64,000 nt of DNA from Chitinophagaceae bacterium (GTDB lineage: Bacteria > Bacteroidota > Bacteroidia > Chitinophagales > Chitinophagaceae): positions 1,888 through 65,887 of the forward strand of contig JBGSHT010000090.1 in the NCBI GenBank assembly GCA_041752135.1, in the 5' to 3' direction. A model generated the notes under the pieces. It ran no database searches, was not told where the DNA came from, and saw nothing but the letters and a program-made list of their open reading frames with translations. Positions 48,299 through 58,003 of this stretch are shown in pieces; position 1 is the stretch's first letter; each line of letters begins with the position of its first letter. Position numbers and translations under genes: made by a program.

Positions 48299-48586
48299 GT
48301 GAAAATATTTTTTCTTTTTTGTTCCCTGACCTGCATATTCATCCAGGGTGTGATGGCACAACTGTCAATTGAGCCTACACGCCGGTATGAAGGGACGGTT
48401 GAATATCAAAAAACGAAACAATATGCTACCATACTTGATTTCAATTACCCGGAGAAGGACCTGGAAAATGCCCTGGAGGATTTTAGAAAAGAAACGGAAC
48501 AACAAGAAAGTGAACTGGAAAAAAATAAAACCCTGCTCGCCCAGTTAAATGAAGTAAAAGAATTACGGAAAAAGAAGAAAAACTAA
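48299..48586 (+). CDS. Short exported hypothetical protein, possibly an internally deleted remnant
   Basis: GTG start, signal peptide and EGTVEYQK..YPE..LENAL segment joined directly to a charged coiled-coil C-terminus. Confidence 0.55.
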   Translation: MKIFFLFCSLTCIFIQGVMAQLSIEPTRRYEGTVEYQKTKQYATILDFNYPEKDLENALEDFRKETEQQESELEKNKTLLAQLNEVKELRKKKKN

Positions 48587-48626
48587 TGGCTATTTTAATT
48601 TCGTAATTCTCAGGTAAAGTGTTGAC

Positions 48627-49673
48627 TTAATCAGGCTGTGAAAATCGTTTATCTTTAATAAAGACAGTATCTGTAAGGGTATTCAGGAATTGTATAAGGT
48701 CTGATTTTTCATTCAGGCTGATACTTATCTTCTTTTTTACCAGTGGATCCACTGTCGGTCCGTCCTGGACAAATAACCGGTAATGATCGATCATTGCCCC
48801 AATAGAAAAAAAACTGCCATCGTGCCCGTAAGGAGCTGTTACCTGGACATTCCGCAGGCTGGGAACTTTGAATTTCAGTGAATCCTGGCTTAACCGTGTA
48901 ATCCGCATACGTCCAAGGTCTTTTATACCGGGGTTCACCGGGATGCCTGTATTGCGATAGGAGAGGTCTGTAAACAGTGGTTCTTTATGACAGGTTCCGC
49001 ACTTGGCCTTAAAAATGGTGTAACCGCTTTGCTCCGCCTGAGTAAAGGTTGCCTTACCGCGCATCACCTGATCGTATTTTGCATTACCTGAAACCATCAT
49101 ACCCATAAATTGGGACAGGGCCTTTAACATGCGCTGTGAGGTTACATTTTCATCACCGAAAGCCGCACGGAACATTTCCCGGTAACGGGTATCCGAATTT
49201 AATTTTCTGATGACATTTTCTACTGTTTCACCCATTTCATTTGGCGCGGTCAAAGGCGCAAGAGGTTGAACTTCCAGGTGATTGATACCGCCGTCCCAAT
49301 GTAATTCCTTGTGCCAGGCCATATTGAAAATGCCCGGTGCATTGCGCGTGGTGAACTGGTTATCTATGCCATGACTTAAGGCATGATCAAAAGTGGAGAA
49401 AGCGGCAAATTGCTGATGGCATGAAGCACAGGACGCAATGCCGTCTTTTGCCAGCCGGCCATCGTAAAATAGTCTTCTGCCAAGTGCAAATCCTTCATTG
49501 GTGAGCGGATTGTCTTTGAATAAATCTTCCGGCGGGGGAAAATTTGACGGAATTTCCAATGCAATCACAGTTGGCAGGGTAGTGGAAGAGCGGTCGTTTT
49601 TTTTACAGGCATCAATAACCATTACACCACCTGTTAACAGGCAAAGGGAAAATATGGTGATAAACCTGCGCAT
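48627..49673 (-). CDS. Di-heme cytochrome c peroxidase family, MauG/MbnH-like lipoprotein
   Basis: CASCH and CGTCH heme motifs; LGRRLFYD, RNAP, WDG and FKVPSLRNV..TAPYGHDG. Confidence 0.92.
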   Translation of the reverse strand: MRRFITIFSLCLLTGGVMVIDACKKNDRSSTTLPTVIALEIPSNFPPPEDLFKDNPLTNEGFALGRRLFYDGRLAKDGIASCASCHQQFAAFSTFDHALSHGIDNQFTTRNAPGIFNMAWHKELHWDGGINHLEVQPLAPLTAPNEMGETVENVIRKLNSDTRYREMFRAAFGDENVTSQRMLKALSQFMGMMVSGNAKYDQVMRGKATFTQAEQSGYTIFKAKCGTCHKEPLFTDLSYRNTGIPVNPGIKDLGRMRITRLSQDSLKFKVPSLRNVQVTAPYGHDGSFFSIGAMIDHYRLFVQDGPTVDPLVKKKISISLNEKSDLIQFLNTLTDTVFIKDKRFSQPD

Positions 49674-50437
49674 TACCTGCGAAGAACGGAATTAAGGGTG
49701 AACATATTGGCATAATTATCGGCGTATTTCACGGAGAGCGGCCCCGGGGTCATATTTTCCGAGATGGAAGAAATCGGAAGATCATGCGTTGATTTAAACC
49801 ATTTGTCTATATTGACATCGATCACCATTTCCGTTACGCTTGTTCTTTCGAGTATCCATTCCTGTTGGTTAGGAAGCGGCAGGATTACGTTGCGCTGTGT
49901 TTTTTCACCTTCCCGAAATCCGCCGATATGATAAGTATAAGTGTTATTCAGGCCTCTTGATAAACTGGAACTGCCTTCCAGTTTGGCCATGATATAGCCG
50001 CTGTTCCATGTCCAGAACATGCCATTCAAAGGGTCCAGGGCGCCTGTTTGTGCGCCGCTCACATTCCAGATACTGTCAATGCCTATTTGAAACATCAGGC
50101 GGTTAAAAGGAACGGCATTCAGTTGCACCTCAATTACCTGCGAAGCAGAATTGGTTGCATCCACCAGGAAGAAGCCATCTTCTTTGCGGGCAACAGGATT
50201 GGGCGTTTCCTGCAGCAGGCTGATATTACTGATATAAAATTTGAATGTGGTGACTTTATAGTCTTCACCCAGGAGGTTTATATAATCCTTATTGAATGTT
50301 AAAGGTTCTCCATTGGCGGATGGTTGGAAGATTAACCTCAATGTATACGAATCACCTTCAAAACTTTTTTCTTTCTGGCAACCGAAAAAGGCCACTCCCA
50401 TGGATACGACCAAAACCAATAAGTATGAAGTTTTCAT
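49673..50437 (-). CDS. MbnP-family lipoprotein (putative copper-binding partner of the di-heme enzyme)
   Basis: Lipobox FGC; KFYISNI, IGIDS, GALDP..GMFWTWNSGY..KLEG and HIGG. Its stop overlaps the start of the di-heme gene. Confidence 0.85.
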   Translation of the reverse strand: MKTSYLLVLVVSMGVAFFGCQKEKSFEGDSYTLRLIFQPSANGEPLTFNKDYINLLGEDYKVTTFKFYISNISLLQETPNPVARKEDGFFLVDATNSASQVIEVQLNAVPFNRLMFQIGIDSIWNVSGAQTGALDPLNGMFWTWNSGYIMAKLEGSSSLSRGLNNTYTYHIGGFREGEKTQRNVILPLPNQQEWILERTSVTEMVIDVNIDKWFKSTHDLPISSISENMTPGPLSVKYADNYANMFTLNSVLRR

Positions 50438-50449
50438 GGCGATAGCTAT

Positions 50450-50857
50450 TTAATATTCCGCAGCATTAAATTTTCTTCTGCCGGATTTTATTTCTGCTGT
50501 TTTTTTCTTTGAACTGATCCTCTTTTCTTTTGATGCCCTTGACGGTTTTGTGCTGATACGGCTTTTCTTTTTTCGCAACGATTCTAAAACCAGTTCATTG
50601 ATCTTTTTCAGGACGATCTCTTTATTTCCCAACTGTGTCCTGGCTGATTGTGATTTTACAACTAAAATCCCGTTTTGCGTAATCCTGTTTCTTAATTTAT
50701 CCTTAATTCGTTGTTTTTCTTCATCAGTAAACAGTTGGGATCTGTCAATTTCCCAAAGTCCTTCTACCATTGTTTCCACTTTATTTACGTTCTGTCCCCC
50801 CGATCCTCCGCTTCTTGCCGTACGAAAACTTATTTCCCTGGTAATATCTATCTTCAT
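50450..50857 (-). CDS. arfB: Alternative ribosome rescue factor ArfB (YaeJ)
   Basis: RSGGSGGQNVNKV (GGQ), RTQLGNK and basic C-terminal tail. Confidence 0.95.
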   Translation of the reverse strand: MKIDITREISFRTARSGGSGGQNVNKVETMVEGLWEIDRSQLFTDEEKQRIKDKLRNRITQNGILVVKSQSARTQLGNKEIVLKKINELVLESLRKKKSRISTKPSRASKEKRISSKKKTAEIKSGRRKFNAAEY

Positions 50858-50892
50858 TGGCTTAAAATTACAATTTCATTTCCATCCCACAT

Positions 50893-51345
50893 ATGAGAGC
50901 CGTCATACAAAGAGTTAACTGTGCAACCGTCCGCATTGACCAGCAGGTTTCCGGATCCATAAACCGGGGATTGCTGGTTTTACTGGGCATAGAAGATGCT
51001 GATACAGAAGAAGATATTGCCTGGCTCAGCAGTAAAATTGTTAACCTTCGCATTTTCAATGATGACCAGGGCGTTATGAACCTGTCTTTGAAAGAGGTCA
51101 ACGGGGCCATTTTACTGGTAAGTCAGTTTACCCTGCACGCTTCCACCCGCAAAGGCAATCGCCCCTCTTATATACGGGCTTCAAAACCTCCGGTTGCCAT
51201 CCCCCTTTATGAAAAAATGATCGATCAACTGGAGAGTGACTTGGGACAGAAAATTCAAACGGGTGTTTTTGGCGCTGATATGCAGGTTGAACTGATTAAC
51301 GACGGACCGGTAACGATCATCATAGATACAAAACAAAAAGAGTAG
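50893..51345 (+). CDS. dtd: D-aminoacyl-tRNA deacylase
   Basis: MRAVIQRV, SQFTL, KGNRP, FGADM and NDGPVT. Confidence 0.98.
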   Translation: MRAVIQRVNCATVRIDQQVSGSINRGLLVLLGIEDADTEEDIAWLSSKIVNLRIFNDDQGVMNLSLKEVNGAILLVSQFTLHASTRKGNRPSYIRASKPPVAIPLYEKMIDQLESDLGQKIQTGVFGADMQVELINDGPVTIIIDTKQKE

Positions 51346-51402
51346 GTAACGGGTTTAGCAACCTGATCTATAGGGCATTTCAGTAACAATTAAAATCGCG
51401 CT

Positions 51403-51729
51403 ATGACCATCGAAGAAGCTCAATTAAAAGTAGATCAATGGATCAATACAACCGGGGTCCGGTATTTCAGTGAGCTGACCAATATGGCGATCCTGGCGGA
51501 GGAGGTAGGGGAGCTGGCCCGAATTATGGCCAGGACCTATGGGGATCAATCTTTTAAAAAATCTGACCTAAAAAAGGATTTGCCGGATGAAATGGCCGAT
51601 GTGCTTTGGGTACTGCTATGCCTGGCCAACCAGACCGGCGTAAACCTGACGGATGCCCTGGAAAAGAACTTCGAAAAAAAATCCACCCGGGATAAGGACA
51701 GGCATAGGGAGAATGAGAAGCTGAAGTAG
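51403..51729 (+). CDS. MazG-like nucleotide pyrophosphohydrolase (YpjD family)
   Basis: YFSELTNMAILAEEVGELAR and DEMADVLWV..CLANQ. Confidence 0.92.
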   Translation: MTIEEAQLKVDQWINTTGVRYFSELTNMAILAEEVGELARIMARTYGDQSFKKSDLKKDLPDEMADVLWVLLCLANQTGVNLTDALEKNFEKKSTRDKDRHRENEKLK

Positions 51730-51732
51730 TTA

Positions 51733-51831
51733 AGAGGGTAGAGGATAGAGGGTAGAGGGTAGAGGATAGAAGTGAATAACAACCATTTTATCTTATGATT
51801 TCTGTCCTCTATCCTCTATCCTCTAACCTCT
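51733..51831. repeat. Inverted pair of heptamer arrays (AGAGGRT x5 / ATCCTCT-type x4)
   Basis: agagggt agaggat agagggt agagggt agaggat (51733-51767); gtcctct atcctct atcctct aacctct (51804-51831). Confidence 0.85.
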
Positions 51832-51836
51832 TTTCA

Positions 51837-51844
51837 TATCTTTG
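51837..51844 (+). promoter_or_regulatory. Bacteroidota sigma-70 -7 element for glyS
   Basis: TATCTTTG is an exact TAnnTTTG match, 6 nt before the ATG at 51851. Confidence 0.65.
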
Positions 51845-51850
51845 CGCGCT

Positions 51851-53296
51851 ATGATTACAACAGATCCTAATAAGTTCCAGGCCATTATATCACATGCCAA
51901 AGAGTATGGCTTTGTGTTTCCTTCCAGTGAAATTTACGATGGGCTCAGCGCGGTGTATGATTACGGTCCCTGGGGCAGCGAGCTGAAAAAGAATATCCGC
52001 GAGCAGTGGTGGAATGCTATGACCCGTATGCATGATAATATCGTAGGTATCGATTCTGCCATTTTTATGCATCCGACCATCTGGAAGGCCTCCGGGCATG
52101 TTGATAATTTCAGCGATCCCATGATCGATAACAGGGACAGCAAAAAAAGGTACCGCGTGGATCACCTCATTGAAGGTTTTGCCGAGGACCTTAATAAAAA
52201 AGGCCTGGGTGAGGAGGCGGATAAACTCGTGGCGGATATGGAATCTTTGCTGGCCGCCAATGATTATGCCGGTATAAAAACACTCATCGAAACGAACAAG
52301 ATAAAATGCAGCGTCAGTGATACCTGTAACTGGACCGATGTGCGTCAGTTCAACCTGATGTTCTCCACCCAACTGGGATCCGTAGCCGAAGATGCCAATG
52401 AGATATACCTGCGTCCGGAAACTGCGCAGGGTATATTCGTGAACTTTCTGAATGTACAGAAATCAGCACGGATGAAAATACCATTTGGTATTGCACAGGT
52501 TGGAAAGGCCTTCAGGAATGAGATTGTGGCACGTCAGTTCATTTTCCGCATGCGGGAATTTGAACAAATGGAAATGCAGTTCTTTATCCGCCCCGGCACC
52601 CAGATGGAATGGTATGCCTACTGGAAAGAAGAGCGCATGAAATGGCACACGAGCCTGGGTTTCCCGGCCGACCACTACCGCTTTCACGACCATGTAAAAC
52701 TGGCGCATTATGCTGATGCAGCAGTTGATATCGAGTACGCTTTCCCGATAGGATGGAAAGAAGTGGAAGGCATCCATTCACGCACCGATTTTGACCTTGC
52801 CAGCCATCAGCAGTATAGTGGAAAAAAGTTGCAGTATTTCGACAATGAAATAAATCAGAATTATGTTCCTTATGTGATTGAAACTTCCATAGGTCTCGAC
52901 AGGATGTTCCTGCTTACACTTTCCCATGCTTATACAGAGGAAAAATGGACCAAGGAAGATGGAAAGGAAGACAGCCGTGTTGTACTGAAGATCCCGGCTA
53001 AGCTCGCCCCGATCAAACTCGCTATTTTACCTTTACTGAAAAAAGAAGGATTACCTGAGATCGCACGTGAGATCATGAAAGAATGCAGGGATGATTTTTA
53101 CTGTTTTTACGAAGAAAAAGATACCATTGGCAAGCGCTATCGCAGGATGGATGCACTTGGTACACCTTTTTGTGTAACGGTAGATCACCAGACAAAAGAA
53201 GATCAGACCGTCACTATCCGATATCGTGATTCCATGGAGCAGGAGAGGATTCCTATTTCATCTATCAGGGAATTGGTCAGGCAAAAGATCAGATAA
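51851..53296 (+). CDS. glyS: Glycine--tRNA ligase, homodimeric (alpha2) type
   Basis: SSEIYDGL, ASGHV, FNLMF, YLRPETAQG, FRNEI, REFEQME, EVEGI and IGKRYRR. Confidence 0.97.
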   Translation: MITTDPNKFQAIISHAKEYGFVFPSSEIYDGLSAVYDYGPWGSELKKNIREQWWNAMTRMHDNIVGIDSAIFMHPTIWKASGHVDNFSDPMIDNRDSKKRYRVDHLIEGFAEDLNKKGLGEEADKLVADMESLLAANDYAGIKTLIETNKIKCSVSDTCNWTDVRQFNLMFSTQLGSVAEDANEIYLRPETAQGIFVNFLNVQKSARMKIPFGIAQVGKAFRNEIVARQFIFRMREFEQMEMQFFIRPGTQMEWYAYWKEERMKWHTSLGFPADHYRFHDHVKLAHYADAAVDIEYAFPIGWKEVEGIHSRTDFDLASHQQYSGKKLQYFDNEINQNYVPYVIETSIGLDRMFLLTLSHAYTEEKWTKEDGKEDSRVVLKIPAKLAPIKLAILPLLKKEGLPEIAREIMKECRDDFYCFYEEKDTIGKRYRRMDALGTPFCVTVDHQTKEDQTVTIRYRDSMEQERIPISSIRELVRQKIR

Positions 53297-53299
53297 TTC

Positions 53300-54064
53300 T
53301 TAGCTGTTATTTTTTTTGAACTTAAGGAACAGGTTGCCCACCAGTTCCCTTAAGTACATATGCCAAAGGTTAAAAGCATTGGCAGATGGCACCAATGACT
53401 GCCATCCGAATTTTTTATCGGACGGGGATACCAGGTAGGCACAAGGGAAAGGGCGTACAACCATTCCTTCATTTTTAAAAATGCGTACAGCCCTGGGCAT
53501 ATGAAATGCCGACGTTATTAAAACATAGGGTTCCCTGATATTAAGGGAGTCTGTTATACGGTGTGTAAAACGGCTGTTCTCAATGGTATTCTTTGCCTCT
53601 CTTTCAGAAATAATATCTTCCCTTGGTACACCTGATGCCACCAGGTTTTCAACCAGGAAATCTGCTTCGCGGAAATCATCGTCTGCAAAGATGGCATTGC
53701 CTCCGGATACGATGATCATTCTGATATGCCCTTGTTTATAGAGCTTCAGGGTTTGGATAAACCTGTCGGCCGAGACATTGAAAAAAGCCTGTTTATATAT
53801 ATCATCATAACCGGCCAGGCCACCTAATAGTATTCCTGCGCTGTATTGTTCACCCACAGCCATGGGCTTGGGTTTGTACTGATATTGTACCGTCAGGGTA
53901 TGAATGATCCAGCTATTGGTAAACAGCAGCATCATGATCATTGCCAGGCCAAAAATCCTTTTCTTTCTCACCGGGTTTTTGATGTTCCAGGCGGTAAGAA
54001 ACAGCATGATCACCCAAAGCAAGGGGCTGAGTAAGATGCCGATAATTTTTGAAAATAGAAACAT
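53300..54064 (-). CDS. YdcF/ElyC (DUF218) family membrane protein
   Basis: LLGG, ADR, IIVSGG, NTIEN, LITSAFHMPRA and RELVG. Confidence 0.9.
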   Translation of the reverse strand: MFLFSKIIGILLSPLLWVIMLFLTAWNIKNPVRKKRIFGLAMIMMLLFTNSWIIHTLTVQYQYKPKPMAVGEQYSAGILLGGLAGYDDIYKQAFFNVSADRFIQTLKLYKQGHIRMIIVSGGNAIFADDDFREADFLVENLVASGVPREDIISEREAKNTIENSRFTHRITDSLNIREPYVLITSAFHMPRAVRIFKNEGMVVRPFPCAYLVSPSDKKFGWQSLVPSANAFNLWHMYLRELVGNLFLKFKKNNS

Positions 54065-54094
54065 GTACTTTTTACTTATAATGATGTCCTATGA

Positions 54095-54814
54095 TCAGCC
54101 ATAAATCTCCTGGTGGATCGATTTTTTGTCATAGCCCAATTCCTGTATCCTTCTTTTTGCTTCATCGATCATATTCTTCCAGCCGCAAAGAAAGAAATTG
54201 GCGGGTTGATTATTAGCCAGTCGTTTTGTATAGGCTTCGTGAACATAACCCATTTCGCCTTCCCATTTTTCGCGTGAAAGAACAGGGATATAATGAAATT
54301 CAGGATGTTGTTTTTCAAGTTCCTTCAGCTCTTCATAATAGAGCAATGAATCCCTGGTACGAGTTCCAAAAATGAGGTATATATCATGGTGTGGTACCTG
54401 GTGAAGCAGGATATATTGTAACATACTTCTGAAAGGAGCTATACCTGTTCCTGTACAAATGAGAAACAGGTCCTTGTCGATTTTTTCCGGCAAGGTAAAA
54501 ATTCCCTGTGGCCCACGGTAAGAGATTTCAGTTCCGATGCCAGCTTCTGAAAAAAGAAAATTTGTACCCGGCCCTGTTTCATTTCTCACTATGATGAGTT
54601 CAAAAATATTGGAGCCATCGGGCCAGGATGCAATGGAATAGCTGCGCCACCGTTTATTGGGTTTTTCATGAATCGGAAGATCCAGTGTTACGAACTGGCC
54701 GGGTATAAAATCAAATCTTTCCAATTCCTCTGTCTGGAACCAGAAGCGAAGCGTTTCAGGAGCTTCCTCCTGAATGCGGATTATTTTACCGGTGCGCCAG
54801 GGTTGAACAGCCAT
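54095..54814 (-). CDS. FAD-dependent oxidoreductase (ferredoxin-NADP reductase family)
   Basis: PGQF, RSYSIAS, GPQG, TGTGIAPF, LCGW and terminal EIYG. Confidence 0.92.
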   Translation of the reverse strand: MAVQPWRTGKIIRIQEEAPETLRFWFQTEELERFDFIPGQFVTLDLPIHEKPNKRWRSYSIASWPDGSNIFELIIVRNETGPGTNFLFSEAGIGTEISYRGPQGIFTLPEKIDKDLFLICTGTGIAPFRSMLQYILLHQVPHHDIYLIFGTRTRDSLLYYEELKELEKQHPEFHYIPVLSREKWEGEMGYVHEAYTKRLANNQPANFFLCGWKNMIDEAKRRIQELGYDKKSIHQEIYG

Positions 54815-54887
54815 ATGCAGTTTGAATTAATAAATATGATTGAATGCCACTAAAATCAATGTAATCTTGAACGCTTAAAGTTCAAAT

Positions 54888-54930
54888 AAAAAAAGACACA
54901 AAATCCGCCTTAAGTGATTTTGTGTCTTTT
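54888..54930 (-). terminator. Intrinsic terminator after the T9SS cargo gene
   Basis: Perfect 15-bp stem AAAAGACACAAAATC/GATTTTGTGTCTTTT. Confidence 0.8.
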
Positions 54931-54945
54931 AACCTTAAGGATTGT

Positions 54946-57780
54946 TTAGTTTTTAATGAATTTATTTACATACCGGTACTTCCCGTCAGAACTGGTTATG
55001 GCCAGCACATAGGCCCCTTTTGGCAACAAGCCAACAAATACCGACCCATTCTGGTAACCGGTTTCCCGATCATACAACAGTTGGCCTGCAAGATTGATCA
55101 CCCTCACTCGCATGGTGGTAACAGATGTGAGGTCCCCGATCTGGTAATTAATGATCTGGTTACTGAGGGTAGGGAAGATCGACCTGATGAAATTATTATT
55201 ACTGCCTGAAGGTGGTGTATTGAGATTATCACCCAAATATGTTGCAAACATTCCATTGCCGTGCGTACCTACAACCATGGTGTTATCCTGCCAGCGCACG
55301 GCCAGCGAATTCACAATGGCAGTTGTAAGGGGGCCGCCAACTTCCCTTGTCCACACGGTTGCGGCACTGTTGATAAGGGTTGTACTAAATAAGCCGGCGG
55401 TTGTACCAACATAGTATTCCACACCGGAATTAAGGGCAACAATGGCGCAGCTGCGTACAGAAGGCAGGGTGATATTTCCTTCCACTATCTGCCAGGTTGG
55501 AGAAGCTGCTGTTGCGTTTCCCGTCCAGAAAATGCTGTTCACATTATAATTAGAGGCAGTGACCATTATCGTATCCTGGTTCCTGGGATTAACCGCAATA
55601 TCGCTCACCACTGAGCCGGGGCTCATGCCCGGAGGAGTGATCTCAACAGGTGCGCTTACGGGAGAAACTCCCTGCGGATCTTTCAGCAGGTATACCTTTC
55701 CGTTATCTGTACCAATGAACAGGTGATTGTTGGCTGTATAGGGCCCCCTGGTTGTTGCCAGTGAGAAAATATTTCCATTGATTTTTGCATCAATTCCTTC
55801 CATTCGTGTCCATCCTGAAGTTGGTGTAACTGTAAGAGAGGAACCGGTTCTGAAAAGGGTGTCTTCACTCACATAATACAGGAAGTCAGTATTGTCCTCA
55901 TCGAGGTGAAAATAGGTTATGAATTCTCCTTTCCCTGCGTTGAAGGGTTTGATCCCCGTGAATATGGAACTGTTAAATGGACGGAACAGCCTCACCCGGT
56001 AGAACTGTCCTTCCTGTGCGGCTGCAAAAAGATGCTGTTGGCCGGATGCATTTTTTTGAGTCATCCCTACCTGGCATCCATCACCGCCGATGAGGATGAG
56101 ATGATCATTGCTGTCTGGCAATACGGAAGTTAATAAACCGCCAACATCCCTGAATGTGGTAGAATTATCCTGGCAGCCGCCAAAATAAATCCGTGATCCG
56201 GGTGTGGGGTCAATGCCAACATGGTAATATTGTACGGTCTGGTATTGGCTATTCATATTGGACCAACTGATCCTCGGAGATGCAGCATTTTCAGTTGATA
56301 CCAGTCCGCCATCAGATGTTGTGACCATCCTGTTTGAATTGGAAGGGTCAAATGCTATGAAGTGAAAATCCACATGGCTTGCATCATCCGGGTCATCATA
56401 CGTATTGGAGTTATTCCCGCCGGCGAATACAACGTTTGCACTAGTACTGAAGCCATCAGTTGACCTGTACAGGTTTACACCTCCGGCAAAAACAATATTG
56501 GCTTGTGTGGGATGCACTGCAACGGTCAGATTATATCCTCCCTGTGACTGAAAATAGTTATCTGATGTACCATTGAGTTTAGCTGTCAGGTTTGCGGAAA
56601 GATTAGTCCAGGTAAACGGGGTCGCAGACAAATCGCAACGAAAAAGATCAGCTTCCGGTTTGGCAGATGATGCATTTTCCGCATTTTCATACAGTACATA
56701 AAGCAGGTTTTGATTGGATGGTGCCAGTGCAAATGTTACCCTTCCCCAACCACCTGCAAATTCTCCGGCGGTAATAATATTATTATAAGGCTTCCATCCT
56801 GGAATGGAGTCAGGCTGCCCCGAAACACCGCCTGCAATTCGATTCCAGCTGCCGTTGTTTCCATTGTCGGATATCCAGATTCCCGCCAACGACCGGTCGG
56901 GATTACGGCCTGAGAACGCAGCGAATAATTTTGTTCCAGCCTTATTGATCATTATATCAGCTACACCTGCAACAGAACTGGCAGGTATGGTGCCGATCAA
57001 TACATTTGACCAACTTTTCCCGCCATCACTTGAACGGACAATCCTGCGTTGAATAGCCGCATAAACATCTCCGGTAACAGGATGTATTGCCATTCTGTTA
57101 ACAATATCAAATTCACTGAAATTCGTTGGGTCATTATCCGCGGTGACCGACAGTTTGCTCCAGGTAAGTCCGTTATTTGTTGATTTTAAAATGCCATTTC
57201 CCAGCACGAATCCTGCCGGAATACTGGCAGATACACCAATGGCTTCTCCCGTACCGGCGTACCATGTATCCTGGAATCCGGGGCGTGGATCCTGTACCAG
57301 GCAGGAAACACTTCTAACTTCGTCAACAGGGTGTACAAAGCTCCAGTTTGATCCTCCATCAGTACTTCTGAAAATGCCCCCGTTAATACCACCGCTAAGC
57401 ATTACCCTGTTTGTACTGCCATTAAAGCGCAGGTCAAATGCAAAAGCTCTTGTCCGGCCCCCTCTTTGGCTTGGCCCTACAGCAACATATTTATTTTCAG
57501 TCAATGGATTGTTGAACATACCGCTTTCCCGGAATGGCATTCTTTTTACCCAGGCCATTTCGCGGTTTCTGATGCCTTCAGGTATCTTTCCGGTCTTTGG
57601 GTCACGAAGCATTTTTAATTCCCATTCAGCTCTTTTCCTTCCCCCTTCTTTTTCCATCTCTTCTTCCTGAATGACTTCCATTACTTCAGGTAGCTCTATT
57701 GTGATGTTTTGCATGAAATACCAGATTGCAAGAGCTGATATGAAAAAAAAGACAAGCCCTGTTGTAAAGAATTTCTTCAT
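54946..57780 (-). CDS. T9SS type A CTD protein with BNR/Asp-box beta-propellers (paralogue 1)
   Basis: GP..GGRTR; repeated S[ST]DGGxxW Asp-boxes; HVDFH, GGCQDN, GGDG and THGNG; CTD ends LPKGAYVL...KFIKN. Confidence 0.88.
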   Translation of the reverse strand: MKKFFTTGLVFFFISALAIWYFMQNITIELPEVMEVIQEEEMEKEGGRKRAEWELKMLRDPKTGKIPEGIRNREMAWVKRMPFRESGMFNNPLTENKYVAVGPSQRGGRTRAFAFDLRFNGSTNRVMLSGGINGGIFRSTDGGSNWSFVHPVDEVRSVSCLVQDPRPGFQDTWYAGTGEAIGVSASIPAGFVLGNGILKSTNNGLTWSKLSVTADNDPTNFSEFDIVNRMAIHPVTGDVYAAIQRRIVRSSDGGKSWSNVLIGTIPASSVAGVADIMINKAGTKLFAAFSGRNPDRSLAGIWISDNGNNGSWNRIAGGVSGQPDSIPGWKPYNNIITAGEFAGGWGRVTFALAPSNQNLLYVLYENAENASSAKPEADLFRCDLSATPFTWTNLSANLTAKLNGTSDNYFQSQGGYNLTVAVHPTQANIVFAGGVNLYRSTDGFSTSANVVFAGGNNSNTYDDPDDASHVDFHFIAFDPSNSNRMVTTSDGGLVSTENAASPRISWSNMNSQYQTVQYYHVGIDPTPGSRIYFGGCQDNSTTFRDVGGLLTSVLPDSNDHLILIGGDGCQVGMTQKNASGQQHLFAAAQEGQFYRVRLFRPFNSSIFTGIKPFNAGKGEFITYFHLDEDNTDFLYYVSEDTLFRTGSSLTVTPTSGWTRMEGIDAKINGNIFSLATTRGPYTANNHLFIGTDNGKVYLLKDPQGVSPVSAPVEITPPGMSPGSVVSDIAVNPRNQDTIMVTASNYNVNSIFWTGNATAASPTWQIVEGNITLPSVRSCAIVALNSGVEYYVGTTAGLFSTTLINSAATVWTREVGGPLTTAIVNSLAVRWQDNTMVVGTHGNGMFATYLGDNLNTPPSGSNNNFIRSIFPTLSNQIINYQIGDLTSVTTMRVRVINLAGQLLYDRETGYQNGSVFVGLLPKGAYVLAITSSDGKYRYVNKFIKN

Positions 57781-58003
57781 TTGGAGGTACGAAGTTTATT
57801 TAAAATGATCACTTGACAGGAACTGATTGACGAAATCATAGGTTTTAATTTGTGGTCATGTGAGTTCTGCTATTCTTGCAAATGCTGCTTCCACATACCG
57901 CTGTTTGAACTTTTTACTAAAATGTAAACATGATCCCTGCTTTTTTTGCACGTTCTAACTTCATTAAGCTCCTGGATCTTGTTTCTTTTGCGATACTTTA
58001 ATC

